This document shows positions 11,601-24,224 of a stretch of DNA of 64,000 nt, piece by piece. The notes below the pieces were generated by a model. It saw only the letters and a list, made by a program, of their open reading frames with translations. It was not told the DNA's origin and searched no databases. The DNA is taken from NCBI GenBank assembly GCA_017654855.1, contig CM030333.1:1674001-1738000 (forward strand), given 5' to 3'. The stretch is from Podospora anserina (Eukaryota). A program made the translations under genes and the position numbers. Every line of letters starts with the position of its first letter. Within the stretch, counting starts at the first letter, position 1.

Positions 11601-14600
11601 TTATTGTAAATTCCGTAAGAACCACGGAACAACAACTCTCAGTCCATTCGCTTCCCAATCCCGATTCAGGCACAGCGCATAATGTGCCCGCCGCCGCACG
11701 TCATCTCTGGTCGGTACCTGCTGAGCTTAACAGAGTCCTGGTAAATAATAATCATCAAACACAGCCTCACTCACCCTCACCAACAGCCAAACCGCTATCC
11801 CTCAACTCCTTTACCGAGTGACGCGTCTCAACTGTCAATGCCCCCGCAGGCGACAGGTCCCTACATGCTGACGTGCATTTGTCACGTTGCTTGTTGCTCC
11901 CCATCTCATCTCCCTCATCAGAACTTTGTTGGTCTGTTGTTGGCGGCTGTGAGTTTAGCATGGGTAATATCTAAGTTACACAAGAATATGGCCGATGTAA
12001 ACCCATCTTATCACAGTCGTCTACATGATCAGATACTACAATCCTCAAACCTCATGTATAGAACTTGTGTTTATTCCTCTCTACCATCTTGTTGTAACTC
12101 AGCCCTCTTTCTCGAACGCCCCCCTTATCATCCGATTTGACACTTTGCGAGGTTTGATACCTACCTCCATTTTATCTACCGGTCCACGACGAAACGGGGG
12201 TACTGGACGGGGGCTATCCCGGAGTCGGAAAAGGGAACCGAGGCATGACAAAGAGATATGTATCAAAGCTTGGTTTCTTTTTTTTTTTGGTGTACCGGAG
12301 ACCCGCGAGACCCGCGAGACCCGGCGGATGCCGAATTGTTGTTTTTTTGGGAAACCTCCTCCCACTTCCCGGACTACCTGGATGCTTGTCCACCCGCCCG
12401 CCCTACTGCCGGATCTCGGCATGGGACGGAGGGATGGTCCTTGAGGGTAAGGGGGTCCGGGGTGATGGTAGAGAAAGTGGGGATGGGTGAGGTAATATGA
12501 AATCATCGCCGGTAGGGAGAGATCCCCGGCATCAAAACAGCACATCGGGAGGGAGGCTGGCTGGTTGGCTGGCTTGCTTCGTTTCTTGGAAAGGGAACGT
12601 TAACTTGGGCCTTGAAAGCATGGTCAGCCTCCCTCGGTTTCTTTCCGGTTATTTCGATTACTGGTGTACCTAGGCTGGGTTCATGTATAGGGAACCAACA
12701 GACTTTTGGGGGTTTGAATAGTGATCCGGGATTGATAGGCAGTTGGGGATGTTGTCAAGGGTGGGTCGGGGGCGGAAATACTAGGGATGAGGGGCCGGTT
12801 ATCTGGTTCGACACTTTTGTGAACGTGGATATGGATGGGTTTGGGGGAGATCGGCTATCTGGCTTGAAGAACAGGAAGAATAAAGTTATTGGTGAAGAAT
12901 GGAACTCGGGGCGGGGATCTGAGCTAGGTGTTGTTGTTGGTCATGGACCATGGGCATGGATTTCATCTCGGCTCTACGGTTGTTCTACCTGCCATGTTCG
13001 CAGTCAAGGAAGAGGCTGAGCTGGCCGGGAGGGGAGATCACGGCTATTACGGATCCTTTTTGGAACTTGGCGGTTCCAGTGTTGGGATAACCTCGTTCCT
13101 TGGATGTATAATCAAGAGTACTTTCGCATTACATCTGATGATCTACGAAGATGAGATCCCTGGCAGCCTCCTCAGCAGTCCGCATTGGTCTCCGTCTGGA
13201 CTTTCTTGGTGGAGTATCAGAGTCTTTCGGGGGAGAGGGAGTGAGGTGGCCGATGTTGAGTACTCACTGGTGCTGAGAGATGGGCGAGGTTGACTTGAAC
13301 AGAAGATTACACGGAAACCCAAATGGAAGAGCGTCATCCGGAGTAAGAGTGGTTTGAAGGCCGCCTCAAGTTCTCGCAACCGAAATAACAGTGAATCCAA
13401 GGCCATGATATGCTAGACTGAGAACACTCTTAGGTATGCTAGAGTCAATTCTGGAAAATTAGTCTACGAGGAGATCTGTCGGAGATGGTTGTTTCTGAAA
13501 AAGATCCACCAAGGGGGGACGTGAACAGAAATGAGGATTGAACCACAAAGAGATCTATCTCGAAGAAAGGTTCACATATGATTCCAGCTCTCCAAACAAG
13601 GCCGATCTGAAGATGAGGCCCATGTGGCATTGCCTCTTGAGCTGATACACATCGCAGGTGTTGACGATGTATTTCGCTCAAGCCCTCGTGTACTTATTAT
13701 AATCTACCTAAGATGCCCATCTCATACAAAAAATCTCCAGCACACCATCGTCCCCGGCTCCAAAAAGTCTCGGCCACTCTCCAGATATCTCTTGCAGGAT
13801 TTAGTAAAACATCTACGCCCCCCCATTATAGACGAAACTGAGTAGTCACCTGTCTACAGAGATATTCCATCACCAAAAACTACTAATTGTTCCACTCCCA
13901 CACAACCACTGATGCTTGCACCTTCTGAGACTCAAATGCTAGGTTCAACTCATCAGAAACCTTTTTTCCTTATATCGAGGTTGAGATTGAGATCGAGATT
14001 TTGGAGCCCGGAAGTGAGGGGGATAAACAGCAGAGACAAATATCTGGACATAAGAGTTCATGAGGATCTCTAGGCCAGAGCAGAATAGGGGTCAGATCAA
14101 AACAGAGGTCAGATCAAAACAAAGCTCAGAACAAAACAGAGCTTGGAAAAGATCCCCCCAGGAGTAACGAGTGATCAGAACACAACAAAGCTTTTTTTTT
14201 TTTTTAAAAAAAAAAAAGAAGATCAAATCTCAAGAGAATACAAAGAGGCTTATCAACTAATAACATGATACAAGAAGGGATCCGAATAACCCCAAGCCCA
14301 ACCAACCAAAAGAAGCCACCACCAGCAGTTCTAAACACTGGATTCATCTTCTCCAAAAGCCCACCCAGTGGTCTAGCTGCATCAATGAGTAGTAACTACA
14401 GACCCACCAGCAAGAGGCGATGAAATCCGGATAAAAAAAGAGTTCTGAGCCGTGACACTAATGAACTGAGAAAGGTCAAATCTCCGTGTACCTGTCGTCC
14501 TCACACTCAGGCAAACATACCCTTTCCAGATCCCCCTCATCACAAGTATTATCAGCTGTGCTTGACCCTAGGCACCTAGACAGCAACATCTCAAGAACCC

Positions 14601-14936
14601 ACAGCACTCACCAACCAAGGTCTCCAAAGACACCCCCCATAGTACCACATCACACACAGCAGCAAAGTGAACAAAACCACCGCTTCATTTTCCGCTTTAT
14701 ATTTCCACTAAAGAGACCCCCCTTTCCCAACCCAACCGTATCCCTTTCCTCCCGCCCAGTGTATTTATCTAACATAAATCTCTCCCACCCTCCAACAATC
14801 ATAGCGAAAAAACAAACCATCCATGTAGAAGAAAAAAAAACCAAAAAGGGTCATTCCGCTACCCATTTAATGCCAACCTCGCAGCAAAAAAACAAGGCAA
14901 AAACCTGATACCCACCCCTTTCCCGCACTCATCCCC

Positions 14937-16091
14937 TTAAGCAAACCTCTTAGCCCTCGCCTCCCTCTTAGCCCTCTCCGCCGGATCCTCCTCCCTTTGC
15001 GGCAGCTTCGTCGCAGCAGCAGCACCACCACCCCCCCCATTGCGCTGCTGCCGACCAGCACCACCCGGACCACCACGCACACGACCGCCCCGTCCCTGCT
15101 GGTTACGGCCGTTATTGCTGTTGTTCCGGACATTGGCACTAGGCTGCTGCTGCTGCGGCCGCTTGTTGCCGCCCTCAGCACCCTTAACCTTGCTCCCATC
15201 ATCCTTCGCCTCCCTCCCCCTCTTCCTCGGCCCCCGCTCAGGCAGCGCGCTGTCCAGAGCCGAGATCTGGTTATTAGCCACCCCGAACTTGGCAGCCCTC
15301 GCCGCGGCCTTGGCCTCCTCCGAGTTTTCGTCTAGCGTGATGCCGAATCTGGCGGCGCGAGCAGCCCGCTTCTCTGCTTCCGTCTGCGCGTTGGTCGCGG
15401 CTAGGTTCGCTGAGAAGAGAGGTGCAGCTGGGGCAGCGGCGGGTTCCTCTGTGGCGGTGGTCTCAGCTGGCTTGTCTTCTTTGGTGGAGGTGGTGGCAGG
15501 GGCAGCAGTCTCATCAGCCTTGGTTTCGACAACGGCTGGCGCATCCTCCGACTTCTTCTCCTCTGCTGGCTTGTCTTGAGTGGCGGCGGGAGCGGCATCA
15601 GCCTTCTTGGCCATGGGAGGAAAGTCATCGTCGTCGTAGTCGATCTCATCCTCCGCCGCGGCGGCGGGCTTGGTGTCTAGACCGAGATCGAGTTCGATGT
15701 CAGTGATGTCGAACAACATGATGAAATAGAAGAGGAAGCGCTTCGAGGTTTGGAATGCGACAAGATAGGGGCTGATGCGATCGAAGGAGGTGATGAAGGT
15801 GCGACCGCAACCGATGTGTGTGATTGATCGCTTGCGCAAGAACAGATGGAAAATTCTCGACGCGCAATCCTCAGGTAGAATAACCCATCACCGCAGTCGC
15901 GATCGCATTCGCAGGGAGGGGAGAGTAATGGTAGGCTTACCGGCCTTGGGCTCCGCAGCTTCCGGGGCCTTCTGATTGTCGTCCTCCTGGAGACGGGCAA
16001 TCAGGTCGGCCTTGTTGCCGGTCAACGGTAGGCTGCGCTCCTGAAGAACCTTCTTCAACTCGGGGACCTTCATGCTGTTGTAGTCGGCCAT
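14937..16091 (-). CDS. THO1: SAP-domain nuclear mRNP / mRNA-export protein, Tho1/SARNP(CIP29)/MOS11 family, ~296 aa, 2 exons
   Basis: Exon 1 16091-15941 encodes a SAP domain (YNSMKVPELKKVLQERSLPLTGNKADLIARLQE). Intron 15940-15677 is GTAAGC..CTAG. Exon 2 15676-14937 has the repeated KRAARAARFG / ARAAKFG / ARAKRF motifs typical of the Tho1/MOS11 C-terminus. Total 891 nt. Confidence 0.88.
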
Positions 16092-16279
16092 TGTAAAAAA
16101 AAAAAAAAAAAAGGGGGCAGCTGGCAGCTGCGAGTGGCGCAAGTAGGAATTGATGTGTAGAGTTGGTAGTGTAGGGAGACTGTTGATGCTTTTATCGCAG
16201 TACTTGATGGCCAGAGATGAAAGGAAGTTTGGTGCAGGGCGGTGATGAAGTTCACTGGGAGGCTCAGAGGGCTGCCGTC

Positions 16280-16292
16280 ACGCGAAACGCGT
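16280..16292. promoter_or_regulatory. Overlapping SCB-like (CGCGAAA) and MCB (ACGCGT) elements ~190 bp upstream of the Tho1-like start
   Basis: The sequence ACGCGAAACGCGT is present. Function is inferred only from the yeast SBF/MBF consensus sites. Confidence 0.3.
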
Positions 16293-17236
16293 CGCTCCAA
16301 GTTTCTGCGCTGCTAGCGCTGTCAACAGGGGTCAGTGGCTAATTGTCGGCAAACGTCACAATGTGGACTTGCGGCTTGGCATCGTCGCTGCTATTCGTAC
16401 GATAGAGAGAGGATACCTATTGTATAGCTTTGGTGATTGAACAGTTATTCATTGTCAATAGACAGGCTTTATCGTCAGTAGCAACACTCTCCAACTCGCA
16501 CCTTCCTCCTCATCATCAGTAAGCCATGTCAACGCAACTTCTCCTCCTAATGCCAACAGGGGTTAGGGTTTAGCCGCAACCCCCAAGAAACCACCAGCAA
16601 ACTGACGTCATCTCCAAGACCATCTCCAAGACCACCTCCAACACCACCACAACTCAGCTCCAGAAGCAAAACACAAGGTGTAGCAAATACTCAAGAGTCA
16701 ATTCTCCAGATGACAATGAAAACTTCTAACCTCTCACCAACTGACAGAGAACGCAAAAAAACAAAAACACTGTATGCCTTTTGCCCGTTTGTTTACCCTT
16801 CCCCTATGCGCCATATCTCGAATAACTCGGATGCAGAAAACCCTCATCCACCAAGGGAAAAACCCCAAGCCCTCCTTCCCCCCTTGCCCAAACTTTGCAT
16901 ATAACAACATGCTGATGCTCCGGGTATTGCCTGTAGTGAATAACGCGGTGAAAGAAAACAAAAGAAACAAAAGGAAGCCGCCTCCGCCCATTTTCTACAA
17001 GTTGACCGTTTTGTCTTTGGGTATCTCGGCTGGAATTCTTGGGAGGTTGGTGGTGCCACATAACCCCTTGAACCCGTTGTTTGTGTAGCCAAAAAGAAAA
17101 GAAAAAAAGGTCTCGAATCCGCAAGGTTGATGGTATCTCGTGATGTGATGTGATGTGATGTAATGCAGTGTCACGACAACAAAAGGCAGCCTCGTCTGTG
17201 CGCCCTTTCCCACTCCCATCTCCCAAACCTTACTAT

Positions 17237-18907
17237 TTACCTCCCGGTCCTTCCTGATCTCGCCGATCTCGACGACATGGCGCTGCCGCTTCTGTCACGC
17301 CCAGCTCCTTGCAAGATGGCATCCTGATAGCTTGGAATGGGAGGACTTGGTGACGAGCGCTGTTGAATGGGCCGACCCTGAGCATTGCTAGTGCTCCTCG
17401 CTCGAACAGTAGCCAGGGAGCCATTACGGCTCCTGCTGATGTTGATCAATGGCCGGTTCTCATCGTCACTGTCATCGCGCTCGGCATCCGAGTGTTCCGG
17501 GCTCGTGTACTCCGGTGGGGGCGGATGGTTGGGGTCGTGAACACCAAGGCCTGCATTTTGCGCCCCCTCCTCGTTGTGTGTTTCAGCTGCCGCGGCGCTG
17601 CTAGGCTCTCCGGCGTCTTCTGTAGGAACCAAATGGGAAAGGGAGATATCGGTTGGGCTGCGCTGGGGCCCTGGGCTGGTGGGTGGGAGAACTCTGAAGT
17701 TACCAGATCTCGTACGGGTATGACCGGGATCCAAACCGGGTCCGCCTTGCCTAGGGTAAAGCTGCACAGACTGGCTTCCGCCATGACCACGAGTGTATGA
17801 CCCTGTGTATCCGTCCTTCCGTCCCGTTTCGAGAAGAATGCTGCCTTGCTCAGAGCCGTATGGCGGAGGTGGTGCCAGTGAGCCCGTCATGGGGGCCAGA
17901 CCCCACTTCTTCACGTTGGCCTCGATGAAAACAAATCCGGCCTGGCCAAAGTTGACGTGTACGATGCATGGGCCATTCGCTCCGACCGAGGGGAAGAAGT
18001 TTTGCGTCTTCATGCCATGGGCGGCTTCTTCCAGCTTCTTCCCGTTTCTTGTGAAGAATATAGCGCCGGTCCGAGGTCGGTACCCAACGCCAATAACGTC
18101 ACCTTGAACGATTTGGGGGCCGTAGTGGTTGCCCTTGAACGGTTGGTTGTAGCGGCGAGAACCATTGGAAAGATAGGCAACAGAGTGTTTGTGGAAGCCT
18201 AGCAGATCAGTTAGCGAGATCTGAACGCAAACGTCAAGAGAGAGAGGTCTCTATCCTACCTGGTAACCGGAACAGCGGATAGGGTTTCGTGCACATGCCG
18301 ATGCTGACCAGAGTATTGTCTGGCTTCTCGTAGATCTTGGCTTCCCAGTAGTAGACTTCGTTCTGTTTTGGTACCGGCAGATTGCTCATGACGGTGCATT
18401 CCGAATCGAAGAACTCAATCTCCGTACGGGCTTCAACAAAGCAGTTGGCAATCTCCAGCTCCGGCTCAAACTCCCAAGCAGAAACACCCTTCTCCTGAAT
18501 AGCCAGATACTGCGATAGCGAGATGTCCGTCTGCACAGACTCGGGGGGGTTGGCAGCAATGAAGGCTAGAATAATCAATGTCAGCGTTCGGATCCGGCCT
18601 TGCTGGATAGAAAATACGTTAGGGCCGGGCACGTACCCTTTGCTCTCAAATATTCCGTCCTCTGCATGTCATCCATCGTCTCCAATGCCTCGGCCTCCTC
18701 CCGTGCAAACGCCTGCTCGTCATCGTACTCGCCGGGACGACCGATCCGGTCGAGGAAGATGCGGCCCGAGGATGTGTACTTGAAATAGTAGATGATGAGA
18801 AACACGCAGAGTATCACGATGGCCGACCCGAACGACGACAGCAGGCCGATGATGATGCCATTCGGGGCCGGGTTTGGATTCGAGGGGTAGTGATCGTAAC
18901 GATCCAT
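17237..18907 (-). CDS. SSH4: Ssh4-like single-pass membrane SPRY-domain protein (Rsp5 adaptor family), ~512 aa, 3 exons
   Basis: Exons 18907-18637, 18565-18260 and 18198-17237 total 1539 nt. N-terminal TM helix (IIIGLLSSFGSAIVILCVFLIIYYF), SPRY motifs (NLPVPKQNEVYYWEAKI, TKPYPLFRLPG, FFPSVGANGPCIVHVNFGQAGFVF) and PPPPY/PPEY/PSY motifs. Confidence 0.92.
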
Positions 18908-19277
18908 TGTGTGGAAAGAGTGGCGGTTGTTGGTCATGTTGGATATCACCTCTCACGCACTGCGAACAACCGATTGCCGGCAATCACGGCTGGACCACAT
19001 GCACCCGCAACACCCTTTCAGATAAGGCCAACTCTGGCTCTCCTTGATGTCCACAGTTGTCCTGTTCTGTTCTGTTTCTGTCCCTAATCGTTCCGCTCAA
19101 TCCCAGCGGGCGAGCGACCTGTAGCGAACTACCCAAGAACCAGGCGTCGGCGAATGAAAGAGAGACGGGCGGGCCGTTCGAGTGATGATGTCGCAGCGCA
19201 GCGGTCGATGGCTTTTTGCGGTCGACGCGGGGTTCGTTGGAAAAAGCAGTAGACTTTTTTGCCCGGCTGCACAAGGC

Positions 19278-19309
19278 GATGGATGGATGGATGGATGGAT
19301 GGATGGATG
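19278..19309. repeat. (GATG)8 microsatellite
   Basis: Direct tandem repeat upstream of the SSH4-like gene. Confidence 0.9.
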
Positions 19310-20800
19310 GATAGATCAGGAACGTTTGGGGTGTCACGTTGACTTTGGCGCAGGACGAACGCCGAGATGACGAATGACGAAAGCAGGCCGATAAGCAACG
19401 GGGAAGTGGAATCGAGGCACTGCCCACTCGTCGTCGAGGTTGCGCAAGGGGTGGGTATACGGCAAAAGACAAACGCAAGAAACGAAAAAAAAAAAAGATA
19501 AAAAGAAGAAAAGAGACAGACGAGAACAAGTTCGTCTGCGTATGTTGAGACTGGAGAAAGGACCAGTTCAGATCAGTTGACCCAAGACCTGAGGAGGAGT
19601 GGTGGGAGAAAAGATGGAGTTTGTGAATGATGATGGATGGATTGGATGGGGCTGGCCCGGAACAAGTCACCACACCAAAAGGCTGGGTTTACCTGCCACA
19701 GTCTCTGGCGCCAAGAGGGACGTGGGTGTTGGCGCGCTATCAGGCAGCCGCCTTTCCCCCTCGGCCAGCTGATTAGGCGCTATCAGGTGGCGGGGAACTC
19801 GGCAAGCATTGGAGGGTGGTGACGCTGAGGGGTTGCCTAGGGGGTCTGTCCCCTCTTTTCGCTGATGTGTCTTGCAGTGGTTTTGCAGTTGGGTATCTAA
19901 ATCCAAACCACAAGGTCTCTGCAGTATCTCTCTTTTGAAGGAGAAATGGAGTCGTCGAACGAATGCATAAACTCAGCAGACCCTGCGCCGCCCCAAGTCT
20001 CTGAAACCTGAGACAGCGCCTGAATGCGGCGGGTGCGCGTTGGCGAGGGACCATCTGCCCTGGCCGAGTTTCAAAGCCGCTGCTGCCCTGTGCTCGGTGC
20101 CGTGCTCACTGATGATGTAAACCACAACCACCCACCTGTTTCGCCAGCGCGCAATTCGGACCATCCTCTTGGGCCGGCCGTTGTTGGTAGTCTGATGGAT
20201 AGCCAGGAAGCCACGTGGAGGTTGCAGGTTGCGACAGATGGATGCATCGAAATAGAACGGCCAACCTACAAGAGCCACCGCAAACATTGAGACTTTGTGA
20301 TGCTCACGCCCGCTCTATGTCCCGCCGCCTTCGAGTCCTAAGGGGAATTGGACACTGAACAAAAGGACTGGAATGGAATCCCCATGGAACACCCAACCGA
20401 GACAATTTTCTGGAAGCCCAAAAAAGACGGTCCGCTCTCAGACAGCCGGGTCCTGGAATGCCGGAAACGAACGTCTCTCGGGCCTCATGGATCGGACAAC
20501 CTCCGAACCGGCCATCGATCGACACAGGGATGAATCTCATCTTACGATAACGTCTGAGGCCAGGGTCAAAGTCTATGTAATGACATTTATTGATCTGATC
20601 CGTCATGATAAACTCTACATAATCCCAACATGAATGACAGGCTTGCTTCGCAAGTAGGTAAAATAGACCGCCACCGGTGAGATAAACAAAATAAACAAAC
20701 GCCTGCTCTCATAGCCGGTCCAATCCTGTTCCAAACATCATCCAACATCATCTCGTCCCTCCATCCGTGGGTCCCAAATCCATCCCTTCCTGAACAACTC

Positions 20801-22234
20801 TTAATCAACGCTGCTGGTATCATCCCGTCTAGTCCTCTCTCTCTCCCTTCTGGCTCCGGCACCACCGCGTCTCTTCCTCTTGTCCTCGGCATACGCAAAG
20901 TCGCTCACGGAAGAGGCAATGGGGATGTGGTGAGAGTGCGTGTAGACCTTGGTGCCCGAGTCGTCAGTGCTGGCAGTAGCGGCGCTGACCTCACTCTGAG
21001 CCCATCCACCCGGCATGCTGCTCGAAACCTCACTCGGTGGCGGCCTAGGTCTGGACTTGGACCTAGCCCTCGTGTAATCAGAGTAGGTGTTCGCCGAAGT
21101 GCCCTCACCCGCAATCTCATTCCCCTCATCAATCCTCCTCAGCGCAACCGCCTCCTCCGCTCCGGCAGTAAAGCTGAAATCTCTCTTAATCCTCCTCGAC
21201 TCCCTCGGCTGCAGCGCCTTCTCCTGCGCAGCCGCCCGTCTCCCCTCCTCCCTCAACTTCCTCGCCTCGGCCTTGATCTTCTCATTCTCCCTCACAGCAT
21301 TCTTGTCGGCAGTGCTGTAAACCTTTCTGATACCCCTCTCCTTCTTCTCCTCCTTCTTCGGCGTCCTCTGCTGTCCAGCCATCAAGCCTTCGGTAACCTC
21401 GCTGCCCCCATCGACTGTGCTCTCCGCCATACCCCTCCCACTCGGGCTCACCTCCGACCAAGAAGGATTCGTGCTCCCATCCCACTCACTCCCATCCGCC
21501 TCCCGATTAATCCCCCCCACCCTCGCCGCCTTCTCATGTCTATACATCCTCAGCTGCTCCTCAGCCAACCTCTCCGCCTCCTCATCCACCACCTCCCCAT
21601 CCGTCCCAACCTTCCTCCTCGACTTCCTCTCCTTCTCCCGCCTCTTATCCTCCCTCTTCCTCTCCTTCTCCCTCTCCTTCTGCTCCCTCTTCATCCTTCT
21701 CTTCTCCCTCCCCGAGAAATCCGACACCCCCCCGGTAATGCCCGTGATGCCCGTCGTGGCCGAAACAACAGTAGTCAAATCATCATCCCTTCCCCCGCCA
21801 TCCCTCGTCACCCCCGTAACAACAGTCCTATCATCCACATCCTTGTACACACTCCCGCCGCCCAAAACAGTGGACGCAGTCACATCGCTGTAAACCGTAC
21901 CGTTAGGCCCGATTTTAGGACGCCGAAGAACGGTAGACTTGTAATCCTCCCAATCCCCCTCCTTGAAGTAAAACCCCCCGTTCTTGGCCCAGAAGAAGAA
22001 CCAAATCCCGACGATGACGAACCCGGCGCCTAGAAGACCGAACACGGCGAAGATGGCGTTGTTGTTGACCTCGTTGGGGTGGATCACGCCGGGGTGGGTG
22101 ACCTTGACGGCGGGGTCGTCTTTGGTGTCGTCGCCGTCGCGGGCGAGGAGGATGGTGTGGGCGGCTAGGGGGCCGAGGGATTGGATGTCGGAGGGGAGGT
22201 GACGGCGGAGGAGGGTGAGGATTGTTGGTGCCAT
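20801..22234 (-). CDS. Uncharacterised fungal single-pass membrane protein, 477 aa
   Basis: Intronless ATG ORF. One hydrophobic helix (AIFAVFGLLGAGFVIVGIWFFFWA) is followed by KNGGFYFKEGDWEDYKSTVLRR and a charged, coiled-coil-like tail. Confidence 0.85.
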   Translation of the reverse strand: MAPTILTLLRRHLPSDIQSLGPLAAHTILLARDGDDTKDDPAVKVTHPGVIHPNEVNNNAIFAVFGLLGAGFVIVGIWFFFWAKNGGFYFKEGDWEDYKSTVLRRPKIGPNGTVYSDVTASTVLGGGSVYKDVDDRTVVTGVTRDGGGRDDDLTTVVSATTGITGITGGVSDFSGREKRRMKREQKEREKERKREDKRREKERKSRRKVGTDGEVVDEEAERLAEEQLRMYRHEKAARVGGINREADGSEWDGSTNPSWSEVSPSGRGMAESTVDGGSEVTEGLMAGQQRTPKKEEKKERGIRKVYSTADKNAVRENEKIKAEARKLREEGRRAAAQEKALQPRESRRIKRDFSFTAGAEEAVALRRIDEGNEIAGEGTSANTYSDYTRARSKSRPRPPPSEVSSSMPGGWAQSEVSAATASTDDSGTKVYTHSHHIPIASSVSDFAYAEDKRKRRGGAGARRERERTRRDDTSSVD

Positions 22235-24224
22235 GGTGACTATTTATTGACTGGAACGTGATGATGATGTCAAGCCTGATGGCTGACCGGCTAAAGGTTG
22301 TGTGTGGTCAAGTCTCGGATGAGGTTGGGTTGGGGTTGTGAAGGTGAAAAGTCGCTGGTATGTTTTGTCGACAACAACCTCCCCCACTCAAAAATCCACG
22401 ATCGTCCAAAAAAAAACCAAAAAAAAACAGTCGATAAATTAGCAGATTCCGTGGGATGTGTGTGCAACTGCAAATGCAGGAGAGAGAAAGGTGCAGCGAA
22501 AAGTGGGTGTTGTTGGTTTAATCGCACACTTGCGCACCCCGGTTAACCCAGAAACGGAGGAGGTTGGGGTTGCAGCTTTCCTTCCTTCCTTCCCAGCCAC
22601 CCAGCCTTCCAACTCCACTGAAAATCAATCCAAGCCTCTTCCTTGCAGAACACACAATCAAGTTTCAGCCTTATTTCTTCGTCATCATCATCAAAATCAC
22701 CAGGGAAACCACCCTTCCTTTCTTCAACTTTTATGCAATCTGCATATCTGCCATGCCGCCCTGTCAATAACCTGTGTTTGAACTAAAGTAAACAATCCTC
22801 ACCCAGCAACCACCCACACAACCTCACCCCCTCCAACCCTCCAACCAATCCCACCCCGCATCCTCGCCAAGCCCCATCTTCCTTGACACTCGGTCACAAC
22901 CCACTCAGCTGGTTCCTCCCACCCCACACAGTGTCCGCCTTTTCCCACCGTCCCTCTCACTGTCCTCCCCCCTCAACACCAACCACCAATCTCCAAGCTG
23001 ATATCAACCCGCATGTTATAGGTCAATAACCTCCTCATGCCGTGTCTCTATCCCTTCTCCCGAGCACTCCCGGCTTGCTGCAAGAAAGAAATTAATTGGC
23101 CATGTTTAATTTGGGGGCTCATGCCTCTATCCCCCCCCCCAGTGAACGATGTCTGACAGTTGTCCTGACTACCTGACCTTCTCATCCGCATAGCAACGCG
23201 ACCTATTTGGAATTTTCACACTCCGTTTCGTCCTACTGGTACCTAACTGGCAGTACGGATAATAGTATGATGATCCACAATCATCCCCTTTTTATAATCA
23301 GGCACAGCCAAACGTGTTCGGCCCCAAAAGGGGGGTAAACCAAACTCTCATTGGCAACACGTGTACAACGCCAGGTCCGAGAGTGGCAGAGAGGCAGTGT
23401 CGATCTGCAGATTTTACAACAAGGTAGCGGCGAATCTAATTTCTTCCAAAAATCATGAGATCAGCATCCCAATTGCACAGCATGGATACCCCTCATCATT
23501 CAATTCTCTCTTTCATTGTTAACTCTCCAAAAACAAAGGTTAATGATATCAATCTGGCTTGAAACGGCTTGCTCAAGGAAAATAATAATGAGATGGAAAC
23601 TTCAGAATTAGCCCCGGTAGAGAAAACAAAGAAAACACCCTATACAGTTTCTTCCCAAAAAGCAAAAAAAAAAAAGCCTCCCGATATTAAACCTTAACCC
23701 TGTGCCCCTTTCAAAGTTTCCAAGGTCCATACCCCCTCCCCTTGATCAAAAGGGAGCATGAAACCACATCATAGTACATGACAATATCTTTGAGCCAACA
23801 ACGCAAAGACTCAACTTCTAGAGTCACCACCCTGCCGCAAGCCGCCATGGTATTTTAGTAGCACAGGATTAAACATGGACATAAAAAGTCCCCAAGAAGA
23901 AAACAGAATGGTGTAAGGAAAGGTTCCCCATCATGAATTTCTCTGCAAACTTGTCCACCAAAAGGAACGAGGGGGTATAAAGCCCGCGCCCAAACAGTTA
24001 ACCCAACTGAGAAGAGTATCCAAAAAAGAAATAAATAAATAAAAAAGCAAAAACGCTCGCTCATATTTCGCCCCAGTGAAACAAGAGTTATGCACACATA
24101 AACAAAAACATCATCGTCATCGTCATCATCCTTTTGTTGGGGTTCATCATCTTCATCATCTTGGATCGTCTCGGGGTCGCCATTTGGTTGGCCGTTGGCC
24201 GCTCCAGGCGTTCCAACAGGCCGT

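Noticed and set aside
15677-15839. N-terminal part of the 300 aa ORF 14937..15839
   Set aside because: Lies within the Tho1 intron; the real N-terminus is the SAP exon at 16091-15941.
15865-15895. GTGATGG...CTGA in the Tho1 intron as a box C/D snoRNA
   Set aside because: The C box is imperfect, the boxes are only ~10 nt apart, and no terminal D box is evident.
16558-16573. GGGGTTAGGGTTTAG telomere-like sequence
   Set aside because: Fewer than three units, so expected by chance.
20927-22033. 368 aa plus-strand Leu/Pro-rich ORF
   Set aside because: Antisense to the purine-rich 477 aa gene; a composition artefact.
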